The notes below the pieces were generated by a model that worked only from the letters and a program-made list of their open reading frames with translations, did no database searches and was not told the origin of the DNA. A program made the translations under genes and the position numbers. This document shows, piece after piece, positions 9,114 through 16,753 of a stretch of DNA of 32,000 bases (its first letter is position 1; every line of letters starts with the position of its first letter). This DNA is from Phycisphaera mikurensis NBRC 102666 (GTDB lineage Bacteria > Planctomycetota > Phycisphaerae > Phycisphaerales > Phycisphaeraceae): positions 3,300,001 to 3,332,000 of the forward strand of contig NC_017080.1 of the NCBI RefSeq assembly GCF_000284115.1, in the 5' to 3' direction.

Positions 9114-10337
9114 TCAGCCCGCGGCGCGGGCGAGATCGGCGCCGCCCATCGGGAAGGCCGACGGACCGTCGGCATTGGGCTTGATGTCGAAGTCGAAGAT
9201 GCCGGTGGGCAGCGCGAGCGTTGCGCACGCGTTGGGCACGTCGACGATGCCGCTGATGCGGCCCTCGATCGGCGCGGTGCCGAGGATCGCGTACGCCTGC
9301 TCGCCGGTGTAGCCGAAGAGCTTCAGGTAGTTGATGGCGTTCAGGCAGGCCTGGCGGTAGGCCACCGTTGCGTCGAGGAAGTGCTGCTGGCCGCTCTCGT
9401 CGACGCTGATGCCCTCGAACATGAGGTAGTCGCCGTACTCGGGCTTGATCGGCGAGGTCTCGAAGATCGGGTTGAGCACCGCGTACTTCTCGACGCCGCC
9501 CTTGATGAGGCTGACGCGGATGTCCAGGTAGCCCGCCATCTCGATGGCGCCGCAGAAGGTGATCTCGCCGTCGCCCTGGCTGAAGTGGATGTCGCCCATC
9601 GACAGCCCGCCGCCCTTGACGTACACGGGGAAGTAGACCTTCGACCCGCGGGTGAGGTCCTTGATGTCGCAGTTGCCGCCGTGCTCGCGGGGCGGCACGG
9701 TGCGCGCCCCTTCGGCGGCGGCTTTGTCGCGGGCGTCGCCGGTGAGGCGGCCCATGTGGGCGGTGTCGGCGTAGGGCAGGCAGGCCAGCGTCGGCACCCG
9801 GTCGGGATCGGTGTCGAACAGCGTGGTCTCGCGGCGGTTCCAAGTGTCGAGCAGATCTTGGCTTGGGAGGCAGCCGATGAGGCCGGGGTGCATGATCCCG
9901 GCGAACTCGACGCCGGGGATGTGCCGCGAGTTGGCGTACACGCCCGAGAAGTTCCAGCAGGCTTTGCGGGCGTCGGGGTAGTGCTCGTCGAGGAAGCCGC
10001 CGCCGTTGCTCTTCGCGAAGATGCCGGTGAAGCCCCAGTTGCTCTCGGGCAGGACGCCCACGTCGAGGATGTCGACGACCAGGAGGTCGCCGGGCTCGGC
10101 GCCCTCGACGCCGATCGGACCGCTGAGGTAGTGAACCTTCGAGAGGTCGACCGTGTGGATGTCCTGAGCGCTGTCGTCGTCGCGGATCTGCCCGCCGGTC
10201 CAGTCGACGCACTCCACGCGGAACTCGTCACCGGGCTTCACGGTGGCGACCATCGGGATGTCCGGATGCCAGCGGTTGTGGAGCACGTCCTGCGATTCCG
10301 GGGAGGCGGTGGTGTCGACCTTGATGAGCGTCTTCAT
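9114..10337 (-). CDS. fmdA: Formamidase (acetamidase/formamidase family)
   Basis: ATG at 10337 inside tracked ORF 9114..11255. MKTLIKVDTTASPESQDVLHNRWHPDIPMVATVKPGDEFRVECVDWTGGQI...GGNCDIKDLTRGSKVYFPVYVKGGGLSMGDIHFSQGDGEI is a full-length FmdA-type protein (407 aa). Confidence 0.92.
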   Translation of the reverse strand: MKTLIKVDTTASPESQDVLHNRWHPDIPMVATVKPGDEFRVECVDWTGGQIRDDDSAQDIHTVDLSKVHYLSGPIGVEGAEPGDLLVVDILDVGVLPESNWGFTGIFAKSNGGGFLDEHYPDARKACWNFSGVYANSRHIPGVEFAGIMHPGLIGCLPSQDLLDTWNRRETTLFDTDPDRVPTLACLPYADTAHMGRLTGDARDKAAAEGARTVPPREHGGNCDIKDLTRGSKVYFPVYVKGGGLSMGDIHFSQGDGEITFCGAIEMAGYLDIRVSLIKGGVEKYAVLNPIFETSPIKPEYGDYLMFEGISVDESGQQHFLDATVAYRQACLNAINYLKLFGYTGEQAYAILGTAPIEGRISGIVDVPNACATLALPTGIFDFDIKPNADGPSAFPMGGADLARAAG

Positions 10338-10390
10338 GGGCGGGTTGCGGAGAAAGCAGGCGGGCGGGAGGGACGGTTCCGCCGGAGTGA

Positions 10391-10407
10391 TGCGAGCGTC
10401 GTGCCAG
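10391..10407 (-). promoter_or_regulatory. Candidate sigma-54 (-24/-12) promoter for the fmdA-urt operon
   Basis: The minus strand reads CTGGCACGACGCTCGCA, versus consensus YTGGCACGRNNNTTGCW. There is one mismatch and the GG-to-GC spacing is exact. It lies about 54 nt upstream of the fmdA ATG. Confidence 0.5.
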
Positions 10408-10474
10408 AAGACGGCGGAGCCCGGAAAAACGTCCATCCGGCCCACAGGAGCGTTTTGCCGTCGCGTCATGCGGC

Positions 10475-10490
10475 GGAAACGAGGGTTTCC
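10475..10490. promoter_or_regulatory. Palindrome GGAAAC-N4-GTTTCC upstream of the sigma-54 promoter (possible enhancer-binding-protein site)
   Basis: ggaaacgagggtttcc at 10475-10490. Further GGAAA(AA)CG half-sites occur at 10423-10431 and 10516-10523, in the locally AT-richer divergent intergenic region. Confidence 0.3.
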
Positions 10491-10617
10491 CTTAATCCGC
10501 CAGGGAGAGCTCGTTGGAAACGTAAGCGCATCTAAGAGGCTTCGCCCCGGCGGCTGCGCGCTTTGCGCGCGTCGGGCCGCTCCGCACTCTCTACGCGGCA
10601 ACAGGTACTTTGTGGGG

Positions 10618-11556
10618 ATGAGCATCGCCCAGACCGGTCGGTTTATCCGTTTCGCGAGGGCCCTGCCCGCGCTCGCGTCGGCCGCGCTCGCGGCCGCCGC
10701 GGCCGCGGGTCCGGATTCGTGGCCCGAGGCGCGGTCACCCGCACCCGACGCGGGCGGAGCCGCCGCCGTCGTGGTTTGGCTCGATGCCGCGCCGGCCGAC
10801 GCGGACGCCGCGGCCGACCGGGCCTTGCTCGCCGAGGAGGCACTCGCCTCCCGCCTGGACGCCTTCGCCGCGTTCCGCCTCCCCTGGCCCGCCGGCGGGC
10901 TCCAGAACCGGGCGGCGATTTCGCGCCACGCCGCCCTCGCCGACGCCTGGGGCGTACGCCGGCTCCCGGCGTGGGTGCTGATGGATCCGGCCGGCCGCGT
11001 CTTCGCTCGCTTCGACGAGGGGACGCCGCTGGCGGCCTCGGCGGAGGATGCCGCGGACCGGCTGGAGGAGGCGATGGCGGCTCTTCGGACCCGCGACGCG
11101 CGCCTCGCCGAGGCCGAGGGCGCGGACGGCCTCGCCCGCGCGGCGCTGCTGGACGCGGCGCTCGGAGCCGTCGAGCCCTTCGCCGTGTCGCACCACGCCG
11201 CGATCGTCGAGGAGGTGCTGGCGCTCGACGCCGACGACGACGCCGGCCTCCGCACCCGCTGGTGGGCGGCGTGGGCCGAGCCCCGCCTGCAGCAGCGCCT
11301 GGAGGAGTCCGTCTTCCCGCTCGTGGAGGAGCGGCGGTTCGGCGGTGCCCGCGCCGCCCTGCTCGCGGTTCGCGACGCCGAGCCGCTGCCCGCGGCGCTC
11401 GTCCGGAAGCTCGACGTCTTCGCGGCGCAGCTGCGCTTCAGCGCGGGCGACGCCGACGGCGCGCGGCGGGCGATCGAGCAGGTCCTCGACGCGACGCCGC
11501 CCGGCGAGGAAGCCGACGCCTACGCGGAGCTGCTCGCGGGCATGGCGGAGGGCTAG
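10618..11556 (+). CDS. Hypothetical secreted protein, thioredoxin-fold-like N-terminal region (no CxxC) plus helical C-terminal region
   Basis: ATG at 10618 inside tracked ORF 10243..11556. Signal-like N-terminus (ALPALASAALAAAAAAG) and strong GC3 codon bias in this frame. No confident family assignment. Confidence 0.55.
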   Translation: MSIAQTGRFIRFARALPALASAALAAAAAAGPDSWPEARSPAPDAGGAAAVVVWLDAAPADADAAADRALLAEEALASRLDAFAAFRLPWPAGGLQNRAAISRHAALADAWGVRRLPAWVLMDPAGRVFARFDEGTPLAASAEDAADRLEEAMAALRTRDARLAEAEGADGLARAALLDAALGAVEPFAVSHHAAIVEEVLALDADDDAGLRTRWWAAWAEPRLQQRLEESVFPLVEERRFGGARAALLAVRDAEPLPAALVRKLDVFAAQLRFSAGDADGARRAIEQVLDATPPGEEADAYAELLAGMAEG

Positions 11557-11720
11557 CAGGCCGCTGCAGAACCCCATCGGGGCTGCGAGCGGGCAGAATC
11601 GCGTCTCGCTTCGTCGAGCGTAACCCACGTAGTAGACGGCTACGCGGGTCCCGCTCTCCTCGCGAGACACGATTCTGCCGCGCTCTCGCCTGACGCGAGG
11701 TTCTGCAGCGGCCTGCTAGC
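11552..11720. repeat. 169-nt long imperfect inverted repeat (rod-like hairpin); MITE-like element, structured RNA or bidirectional terminator
   Basis: Perfect 22-bp outer stem: gctagcaggccgctgcagaacc at 11552-11573 pairs with ggttctgcagcggcctgctagc at 11699-11720. Inside are a 13x13-nt internal loop, further stems (gcagaatc/gattctgc; acccacgtag/ctacgcgggt) and a 7-nt apical loop at 11633-11639. Confidence 0.8.
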
Positions 11721-11786
11721 GCACCGTGCGCCGAGGACGAGGCGCCCACCCGGGAGGACGTCCCGGCGTGATCCGGTCGCGGAGCG

Positions 11787-11832
11787 CCGCGGACCGCCGG
11801 CGGAATCGGCGCTTGCCGCCCGCAATCCGCGG
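11787..11832. repeat. 46-nt palindromic element, copy F (degenerate right arm)
   Basis: ccgcggaccg at 11787-11796 and caatccgcgg at 11823-11832 (two mismatches), with a 26-nt interior. It ends 2 nt before the stop codon of the 11835..12509 gene. Confidence 0.65.
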
Positions 11833-11834
11833 TT

Positions 11835-12509
11835 TCAGCGTTTCGGCGGCTTCTTCGCGGCGTCCTCGGGCAGCTCGTACAGGCCCTGCCCGGCGCGGAG
11901 GAGCCGGCCGTCCTCCACGAGGGCGGCCCACACCGGCGGCGGGTAGTCGCGCGGCGGCTGGATGGCGGTGATGCCGCTGCTCTTGCCGTAGGTGGTGTGC
12001 TTGCTGCCCAGCCGGCTCTCGTCGTCGAGGCGGGTGGTCTTGAGCTTCTTGCGGAAGGCGCGGAGGGCCTTCTTGAGGTTCTCCTTCTCCAGCGAGTCCT
12101 TCCCGCTGGCGGCGGCGCTGGCCTCTCGCACCTCCTTGAGGGTGCGGCCATCGGCCACGGAGGGCAGCCCCGCCCGGGCCGCCCCGCCGCCGGCGGCGGG
12201 CCGCGGCGCGGCGCCCGGAATCCCGCGCCCGGGCCCCGCGGCCCCGCCGGCGTCGGCCTGCTTCACCAGCGCCGCGAGCTTCTCCACGTCGCGTGCCTGA
12301 ACCACCTGCGCCACGCGGGTGGCGTCGACGCCCATCCGCATGAGCGCGGTCTGCGCACGGCCCCACATCAGCGTCGCTTTCTTGCTCTTGGGTTCCTCCA
12401 CCAGCCAGAGCTCGGCGACGAGGTTCGAGAGGTTGTCGCTGTGGATCGTCTCGGCGTGCGCGTAGTGACGCTGGATCGCTCTGCCGGATGCGTCGGAGTG
12501 GTCGGCCAT
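11835..12509 (-). CDS. Hypothetical protein (two globular parts joined by a Gly/Ala/Pro-rich linker)
   Basis: 224-aa ORF with balanced, non-junk composition at both ends (MADHSDASGRAIQRHYAHAETIHSDNLSNLVAELWLVEEPKSKK...; ...LKKALRAFRKKLKTTRLDDESRLGSKHTTYGKSSGITAIQPP...). I do not recognise the family. Confidence 0.6.
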   Translation of the reverse strand: MADHSDASGRAIQRHYAHAETIHSDNLSNLVAELWLVEEPKSKKATLMWGRAQTALMRMGVDATRVAQVVQARDVEKLAALVKQADAGGAAGPGRGIPGAAPRPAAGGGAARAGLPSVADGRTLKEVREASAAASGKDSLEKENLKKALRAFRKKLKTTRLDDESRLGSKHTTYGKSSGITAIQPPRDYPPPVWAALVEDGRLLRAGQGLYELPEDAAKKPPKR

Positions 12510-12581
12510 GGGCAGAGATTACGGGGCCGGGGCCGGCAGCCGGCGGCGGCGGGCGGCGTGCGGGGCCCGCGTCCGGAGGCC

Positions 12582-13241
12582 TCAAGCGGTGGGAGCACCG
12601 CCCGACCCGAGGCGCCGGGCCTCCTCCACCGACGGCCGCTTCATCTCCAGGCGGTCGCCACAACGGGTGTACCCGCCGGCCCCGCCCAAGCGCCCCAGCG
12701 GCGTGAAGGCGTCGGGGTCGACGCGCCAGCTTTCCGGGTCCACCAGCCCCTCGCGGAAGCTGCCGTGCAGCACCTCGCCGAGGACGAGCCGGTTGCCGCC
12801 GATCGCCTCGACCCGGTGCGTGCGGCACGCGAAGCTCGCGGGCGCCTCCGCGATCCGCGGCACGTCGGTGCCGGGGCAGGCCGCGAGGGTGAAGCCCACC
12901 GCCTCCGCCTCGCTCTCACCCGGCGGGAACGACGCCGCGCAGCCGTTCATCCGCTCCGCCATCCCCGCGTCCACCGCGTTCACCACGAAGAAGCCGTGCC
13001 GCTCGGCGTTGCGGGCGGTGTCTTTCGCGACGCCGCCGTGGTCGTCCTCCGGCCGGTCGCCGACGTTGAGGATCACCAGCCCCGGATCGCTGCCGAAGCA
13101 GTTGAAGAAGCTGTACGGGGCGGCGTTCACCACGCCGGCCTCCCCCAGCGAGGTCACCAGGGCGATCGGCCGCGGCACCACGAAGGACGACAGCAGCTTG
13201 TACCGCTCTTTGGAGGCGAGCCCGTTGAAGTCGACGTTCAT
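12582..13241 (-). CDS. Flavin reductase-like FMN-binding protein
   Basis: ATG at 13241 inside tracked ORF 12582..13376. YKLLSSFVVPRPIALVTSLGEAGVVNAAPYSFFNCFGSDPGLVIL matches the flavin reductase-like split-barrel domain. Confidence 0.8.
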   Translation of the reverse strand: MNVDFNGLASKERYKLLSSFVVPRPIALVTSLGEAGVVNAAPYSFFNCFGSDPGLVILNVGDRPEDDHGGVAKDTARNAERHGFFVVNAVDAGMAERMNGCAASFPPGESEAEAVGFTLAACPGTDVPRIAEAPASFACRTHRVEAIGGNRLVLGEVLHGSFREGLVDPESWRVDPDAFTPLGRLGGAGGYTRCGDRLEMKRPSVEEARRLGSGGAPTA

Positions 13242-13370
13242 GGCCTGCTCTATAGGCAGCGCCGCCGGACGCCGGCGAAGCCGCGCTCGCCGCGCGGAAG
13301 CAGCAGCCGCCTTCTCGATCCGCGAGCGCGGCACCGACCGAACCGGCAGCGGGGATGCGGCGTAAGGTTG

Positions 13371-13393
13371 TTGCAACTACATTTGTCGCAACC
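13371..13393 (+). promoter_or_regulatory. Candidate MarR operator/promoter motif, copy 1 (TTGCAAC-N7-GTCGCAACC)
   Basis: ttgcaactacatttgtcgcaacc ends 28 nt upstream of the dioxygenase ATG. A near-identical 23-mer lies upstream of the MarR gene (15042-15064). Confidence 0.45.
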
Positions 13394-13420
13394 ATTCCTT
13401 GACCGACCCGAGACGCTCCC

Positions 13421-14353
13421 ATGAGCCTGCCCATCCTCGGCCTGCACCACGTCACCGCCATCGCCGGCAGCCCGCCGGTCAACGACGCGTTCTGGACGGG
13501 CGTGCTCGGCATGCGTCGCGTGAAGCAGACCATCAACTTCGACGATCCCGGCACCTACCACCTGTACTTCGGCGACCGGATCGGCCGCCCCGGCTCGCTC
13601 TGGACCACGTTCCCGCACCCCGCGGCCCGCCCGCGGCAGCCCGGCGCACCGGAGGTCGCGCTCACCTCGCTCGCCGTGCCCGGCGGCTCGCTGCGGCGAT
13701 GGAGGACCCGCCTAGAAGAAGCCGGCTGCGGCGTCACCGAGCACGAGGGCCGCCTCCGGTTCCAAGATCCCGACGGCACCGACCTGGAGATCGCCGAGGG
13801 CGATCTTCCCCCGGCGTACGAGGGGGTCGGGGACGACGGCGTGCGCTGCCTGGAGTCCGTCACCCTGCGCAGCCTCCGCCCCGACGCCACCGGGCGCTTC
13901 CTGACCGAGGCCTTCGGCTTCACCCGCCAGAGCGACGATCTCTACGTGTGCGGCGATGGCGCCGCCTCCCGCCGCGTCCGCGCGCTCGGCGGCGCCGGCG
14001 TGGCGCACCCCCGGCTGGGCGCAGGGTCCGTCCACCACGTCGCCTTCCGCCTCGCCGACGACGAAACGCAGGCCGAGGCGCTGCAGCGGCTGCCCGGCTT
14101 CGGCGTCCGGCCCACGCCCGTGCAGGACCGGCAGTACTTCCACAGCATCTACTTCCGCGAGCCCGGCGGCGTGCTCTTTGAGCTCGCCACCGACGCGCCC
14201 GGCTTCGCCACCGACGAGGACGCCGGGGCCCTCGGCCAGAAGCTGCAGCTGCCCCCGTGGTTGGAGCCGCAGCGGGCGCGGATCGAGGCGGATCTGGTCC
14301 CGCTCGGCGGCACCGACCGCGCTCCCGCCCGCTCCCAAGGAGGTGCGGCGTGA
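13421..14353 (+). CDS. VOC-family ring-cleaving dioxygenase (MhqA/MhqE/YfiE-like)
   Basis: ILGLHHVTAIAGSPPVNDAFWTGVLGMRRVKQTINFDDPGTYHLYFGD...HHVAFRLADDETQAEALQRL...PVQDRQYFHSIYFREPGGVLFELATDAPGF is a two-module glyoxalase/dioxygenase fold. Confidence 0.85.
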   Translation: MSLPILGLHHVTAIAGSPPVNDAFWTGVLGMRRVKQTINFDDPGTYHLYFGDRIGRPGSLWTTFPHPAARPRQPGAPEVALTSLAVPGGSLRRWRTRLEEAGCGVTEHEGRLRFQDPDGTDLEIAEGDLPPAYEGVGDDGVRCLESVTLRSLRPDATGRFLTEAFGFTRQSDDLYVCGDGAASRRVRALGGAGVAHPRLGAGSVHHVAFRLADDETQAEALQRLPGFGVRPTPVQDRQYFHSIYFREPGGVLFELATDAPGFATDEDAGALGQKLQLPPWLEPQRARIEADLVPLGGTDRAPARSQGGAA

Positions 14354-15018
14354 GCTCCAACGGCCCCCGCGACCCGCACGCGACCGCTCCGCTCGGATCC
14401 GCCGGCACTCCGCTGGGTGACGCTTCCGGCGTCGTGCTCCTGCTGCACGGCCGCGGCGGCTCCGCCGCGGACATCCTCTCGCTCGCCCCGCACCTGGACC
14501 CCGGGGGGCGCGGGAAGCTCGCCTTCCGAGCCCCGCAGGCCAGCGGCAACACCTGGTACCCGGGCAGCTTCCTGCTTCCGCGCGACCGGAACCAGCCGCA
14601 CCTGTCCTCGGCGCTGTCGCTCGTGCACCGGACGATCGACAAGCTGACGGCCGCCGTGCCCGCCGCGCGGGTGTTCGTGGTCGGCTTCAGCCAGGGCGCC
14701 TGCCTCGCCGCCGAGTCGGTCTTCCGCCGCGCGGAGCGCGAGCCGCTCGGCGGCGTGGTCGGCTTCACCGGCGGCCTGATCGGTGAACGCGTCGAGGTCC
14801 CGGAGGCTCCGGCGGCGCTCGATGGCGTGCCCGTGCTGCTCACGGGCGGCGACCCCGACCCGCACGTCCCCTGGGCCCGCGTCGAGGAAACCGCCGCCGC
14901 CTACCGCGGCCGCGGCGCGAGCGTCGAAATCCGCCGCTTCCCCGGCAAGCTCCACGGCGTCTCGGAGGAAGAGGTCCGGCTCGCCGCCGAGCTCATCGCC
15001 GGAGCGGCTTCCGGCTGA
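14350..15018 (+). CDS. Phospholipase/carboxylesterase-family alpha/beta hydrolase (MhqD-like)
   Basis: A GTG at 14350 overlaps the dioxygenase stop as GTGA. VVLLLHGRGGSAADIL and the nucleophile elbow GFSQGA, plus a C-terminal His region (GKLHGVS). Confidence 0.8.
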   Translation: MSSNGPRDPHATAPLGSAGTPLGDASGVVLLLHGRGGSAADILSLAPHLDPGGRGKLAFRAPQASGNTWYPGSFLLPRDRNQPHLSSALSLVHRTIDKLTAAVPAARVFVVGFSQGACLAAESVFRRAEREPLGGVVGFTGGLIGERVEVPEAPAALDGVPVLLTGGDPDPHVPWARVEETAAAYRGRGASVEIRRFPGKLHGVSEEEVRLAAELIAGAASG

Positions 15019-15041
15019 CCCGCCTCCGGGGCATCCACTCC

Positions 15042-15064
15042 TTGCAACAAGGGTCGTCCCAACC
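15042..15064 (+). promoter_or_regulatory. Candidate MarR operator/promoter motif, copy 2 (TTGCAAC-N7-GTCCCAACC)
   Basis: ttgcaacaagggtcgtcccaacc ends 42 nt upstream of the MarR ATG. It matches copy 1 at 15 of 16 non-spacer positions, and similarity continues into the 3' flank (aacca..ccttg). Confidence 0.45.
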
Positions 15065-15105
15065 ACCTTGCCGCGGTGGCCCCTCCCCGACAGAATCCGC
15101 ACACG

Positions 15106-15585
15106 ATGCCCTCCCGCCTCCAGCGTAAAGTCGGCAAGGCCGGCCCCTTCGACTTCGTTCAGCAGGAGCTGTACCTCAACCTCGTCCGGACGGCTTCGAT
15201 CGCCGCCGAGCCGGTGCAGCGCTGCCTGAAGGCGCACGGCCTGCGCGAGCCCGCCTTCAACGTGCTCCGCATCGTGGCGGGCCGCGGCGCCGAGGGGCTG
15301 CCCTCGCAGGCGATCGGGGCGCACACGGTCAGCCGCGTCCCCGACATCACGCGCCTCGTCGACGGATTGGAGAAGCGCGGCCTGGTGGAGCGCCGGCGCT
15401 GCCCGCACGACCGGCGGGTCGTGCACGTGGTGATCACCGCGGCGGGCCGCCGGAAGGCGGAGCGGGCGAGCCGGGACGTCGACGCCGTGCACCGCTCGCA
15501 GTTCCCGGGGCTGACGGAGCCGCGGATCGCGAGGCTCATCCGGCTGCTCGAGCGGGCGCGGGAGCGGGACGCGGGAGAGGGCTGA
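15106..15585 (+). CDS. MarR-family transcriptional regulator
   Basis: ATG at 15106. FNVLRIVAGRGAEGLPSQAIGAHTVSRVPDITRLVDGLEKRGLVERRRCPHDRRVVHVVITAAG is a winged-HTH MarR signature. Confidence 0.85.
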   Translation: MPSRLQRKVGKAGPFDFVQQELYLNLVRTASIAAEPVQRCLKAHGLREPAFNVLRIVAGRGAEGLPSQAIGAHTVSRVPDITRLVDGLEKRGLVERRRCPHDRRVVHVVITAAGRRKAERASRDVDAVHRSQFPGLTEPRIARLIRLLERARERDAGEG

Positions 15586-15594
15586 GGCGGGCGT

Positions 15595-16680
15595 TCAGGG
15601 CCGGAACTTGATGCAGGTGGCCCCGGGGACGTCGATGCTCTCCCCGGTGGCGACGAGCTCGCCGGTCTGCGCGTCGATGCGGAAGGACGCGACGTTGCCG
15701 GACCGCTGGTTCGCGACCAGCAGGAAGCGGCCGTCCTCGGTCAGCCGGAAGTTCCGCGGCCAGTCGCCGCCGCTGGCCACGCCCCCCCGCCGCTCCAGGT
15801 TCTCCCCGTTCCAGGCGAACCAGGCGATCTCGCCGGGGCCGCGGTTGCTGGCGTAGACGTGCCGGCCGCCGGGGTGGAACAGGATCTCCGCCGAAGCCCG
15901 CTCGGCGTCGGCGGGCAGGTCGGCGGCGACCGCGGGGAGGGTCCGGGTGACGCCGCCGGTCACCGGATCCACGGGCGCGACCGAGACCGTGCCGGCGAGC
16001 TCGTTGAGGATCAGCACGGCCCCGCCGCCGGGGGTGAAGACGAAGTGCCGCGGCCCGCTGCCCGGCGGCAGGTCGATCGCGGCCGGAGAAGCCGGCTCGA
16101 GGCCGCCGGCCCCGGTGACGCTGTAGACGTACAGCTTGTCGGTGCCCAGGTCGGCGGCCATCAGCGTCCGACCGTCCGGGGTGAATCGGACGCTGTGGGC
16201 GTGCGGGGCGGTCTGACGCTTCTCGTTCACGCTCCGCCCGGCGTGCCGCGCCACGGTCGGCTCGCCGGGCGTGCCGTCGTCGGCGAGCGGGAAGAGAGCC
16301 ACCGAGCCGCTGTTGTAGTGAGCCACCGCCGCGAGCCGGCCATCGGGCGAGACGGTGACGAAGCACGCGCCCTCCCCGCCGGTGCCGACCGAGGCGGAGC
16401 GGGTGAGGCCCCCCTCGCCGCCGATGCGGAACGCGACCAGCCGCGACCCCCCGCCGCCACCCACCGCGTAGAGCACCGGCAGCGTGGGGTGGATCCACAG
16501 AAAACCGGGCGCCTCCATCGCGGCGGCGAGCACCGGCGGGCTCATGGCGCCGGTGTCGGTGTCCAGCGTCGAGGCGTACACGCCGTCGGCGTCGGTGCCG
16601 ATGAAGAAGGGCCGCGGCTCGGCCGCGGCGGGCGTGGCGAGGAGCGTCGCTCCGAGGAGAAGGCCGGGCGCGGGGTTCAT
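15595..16680 (-). CDS. Lactonase-family 7-bladed beta-propeller protein (6-phosphogluconolactonase-like), secreted
   Basis: ATG at 16680 gives a signal peptide (MNPAPGLLLGATLLATPAAA). HAHSVRFTPDGRTLMAADLGTDKLYVYSV and GPRHFVFTPGGGAVLILNELAGTVSV are typical repeats of this family. Confidence 0.8.
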   Translation of the reverse strand: MNPAPGLLLGATLLATPAAAEPRPFFIGTDADGVYASTLDTDTGAMSPPVLAAAMEAPGFLWIHPTLPVLYAVGGGGGSRLVAFRIGGEGGLTRSASVGTGGEGACFVTVSPDGRLAAVAHYNSGSVALFPLADDGTPGEPTVARHAGRSVNEKRQTAPHAHSVRFTPDGRTLMAADLGTDKLYVYSVTGAGGLEPASPAAIDLPPGSGPRHFVFTPGGGAVLILNELAGTVSVAPVDPVTGGVTRTLPAVAADLPADAERASAEILFHPGGRHVYASNRGPGEIAWFAWNGENLERRGGVASGGDWPRNFRLTEDGRFLLVANQRSGNVASFRIDAQTGELVATGESIDVPGATCIKFRP

Positions 16681-16753
16681 GCCCGCGAAGCGTAAGCACC
16701 GGTCGGCCCCGCAGCCAAGGTCCGAAGGCGGCACCGAGCCGGCTCCGACGCCT

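Noticed and set aside
11051-11060. Exact ccgcggaccg 10-mer inside the 10618..11556 ORF
   Set aside because: There is no complementary arm at the 26-nt spacing. The nearby cggacccgcga is not complementary. One orphan occurrence is about what chance predicts.
9114-11255. 713-aa version of the formamidase ORF, and the 437-aa ORF 10243..11556
   Set aside because: The upstream extensions are Ala/Ser/Arg low-complexity and cross the divergent promoter region. Family-typical N-termini begin at ATG 10337 (MKTLIKVD..., formamidase) and ATG 10618 (a signal-peptide-like start).
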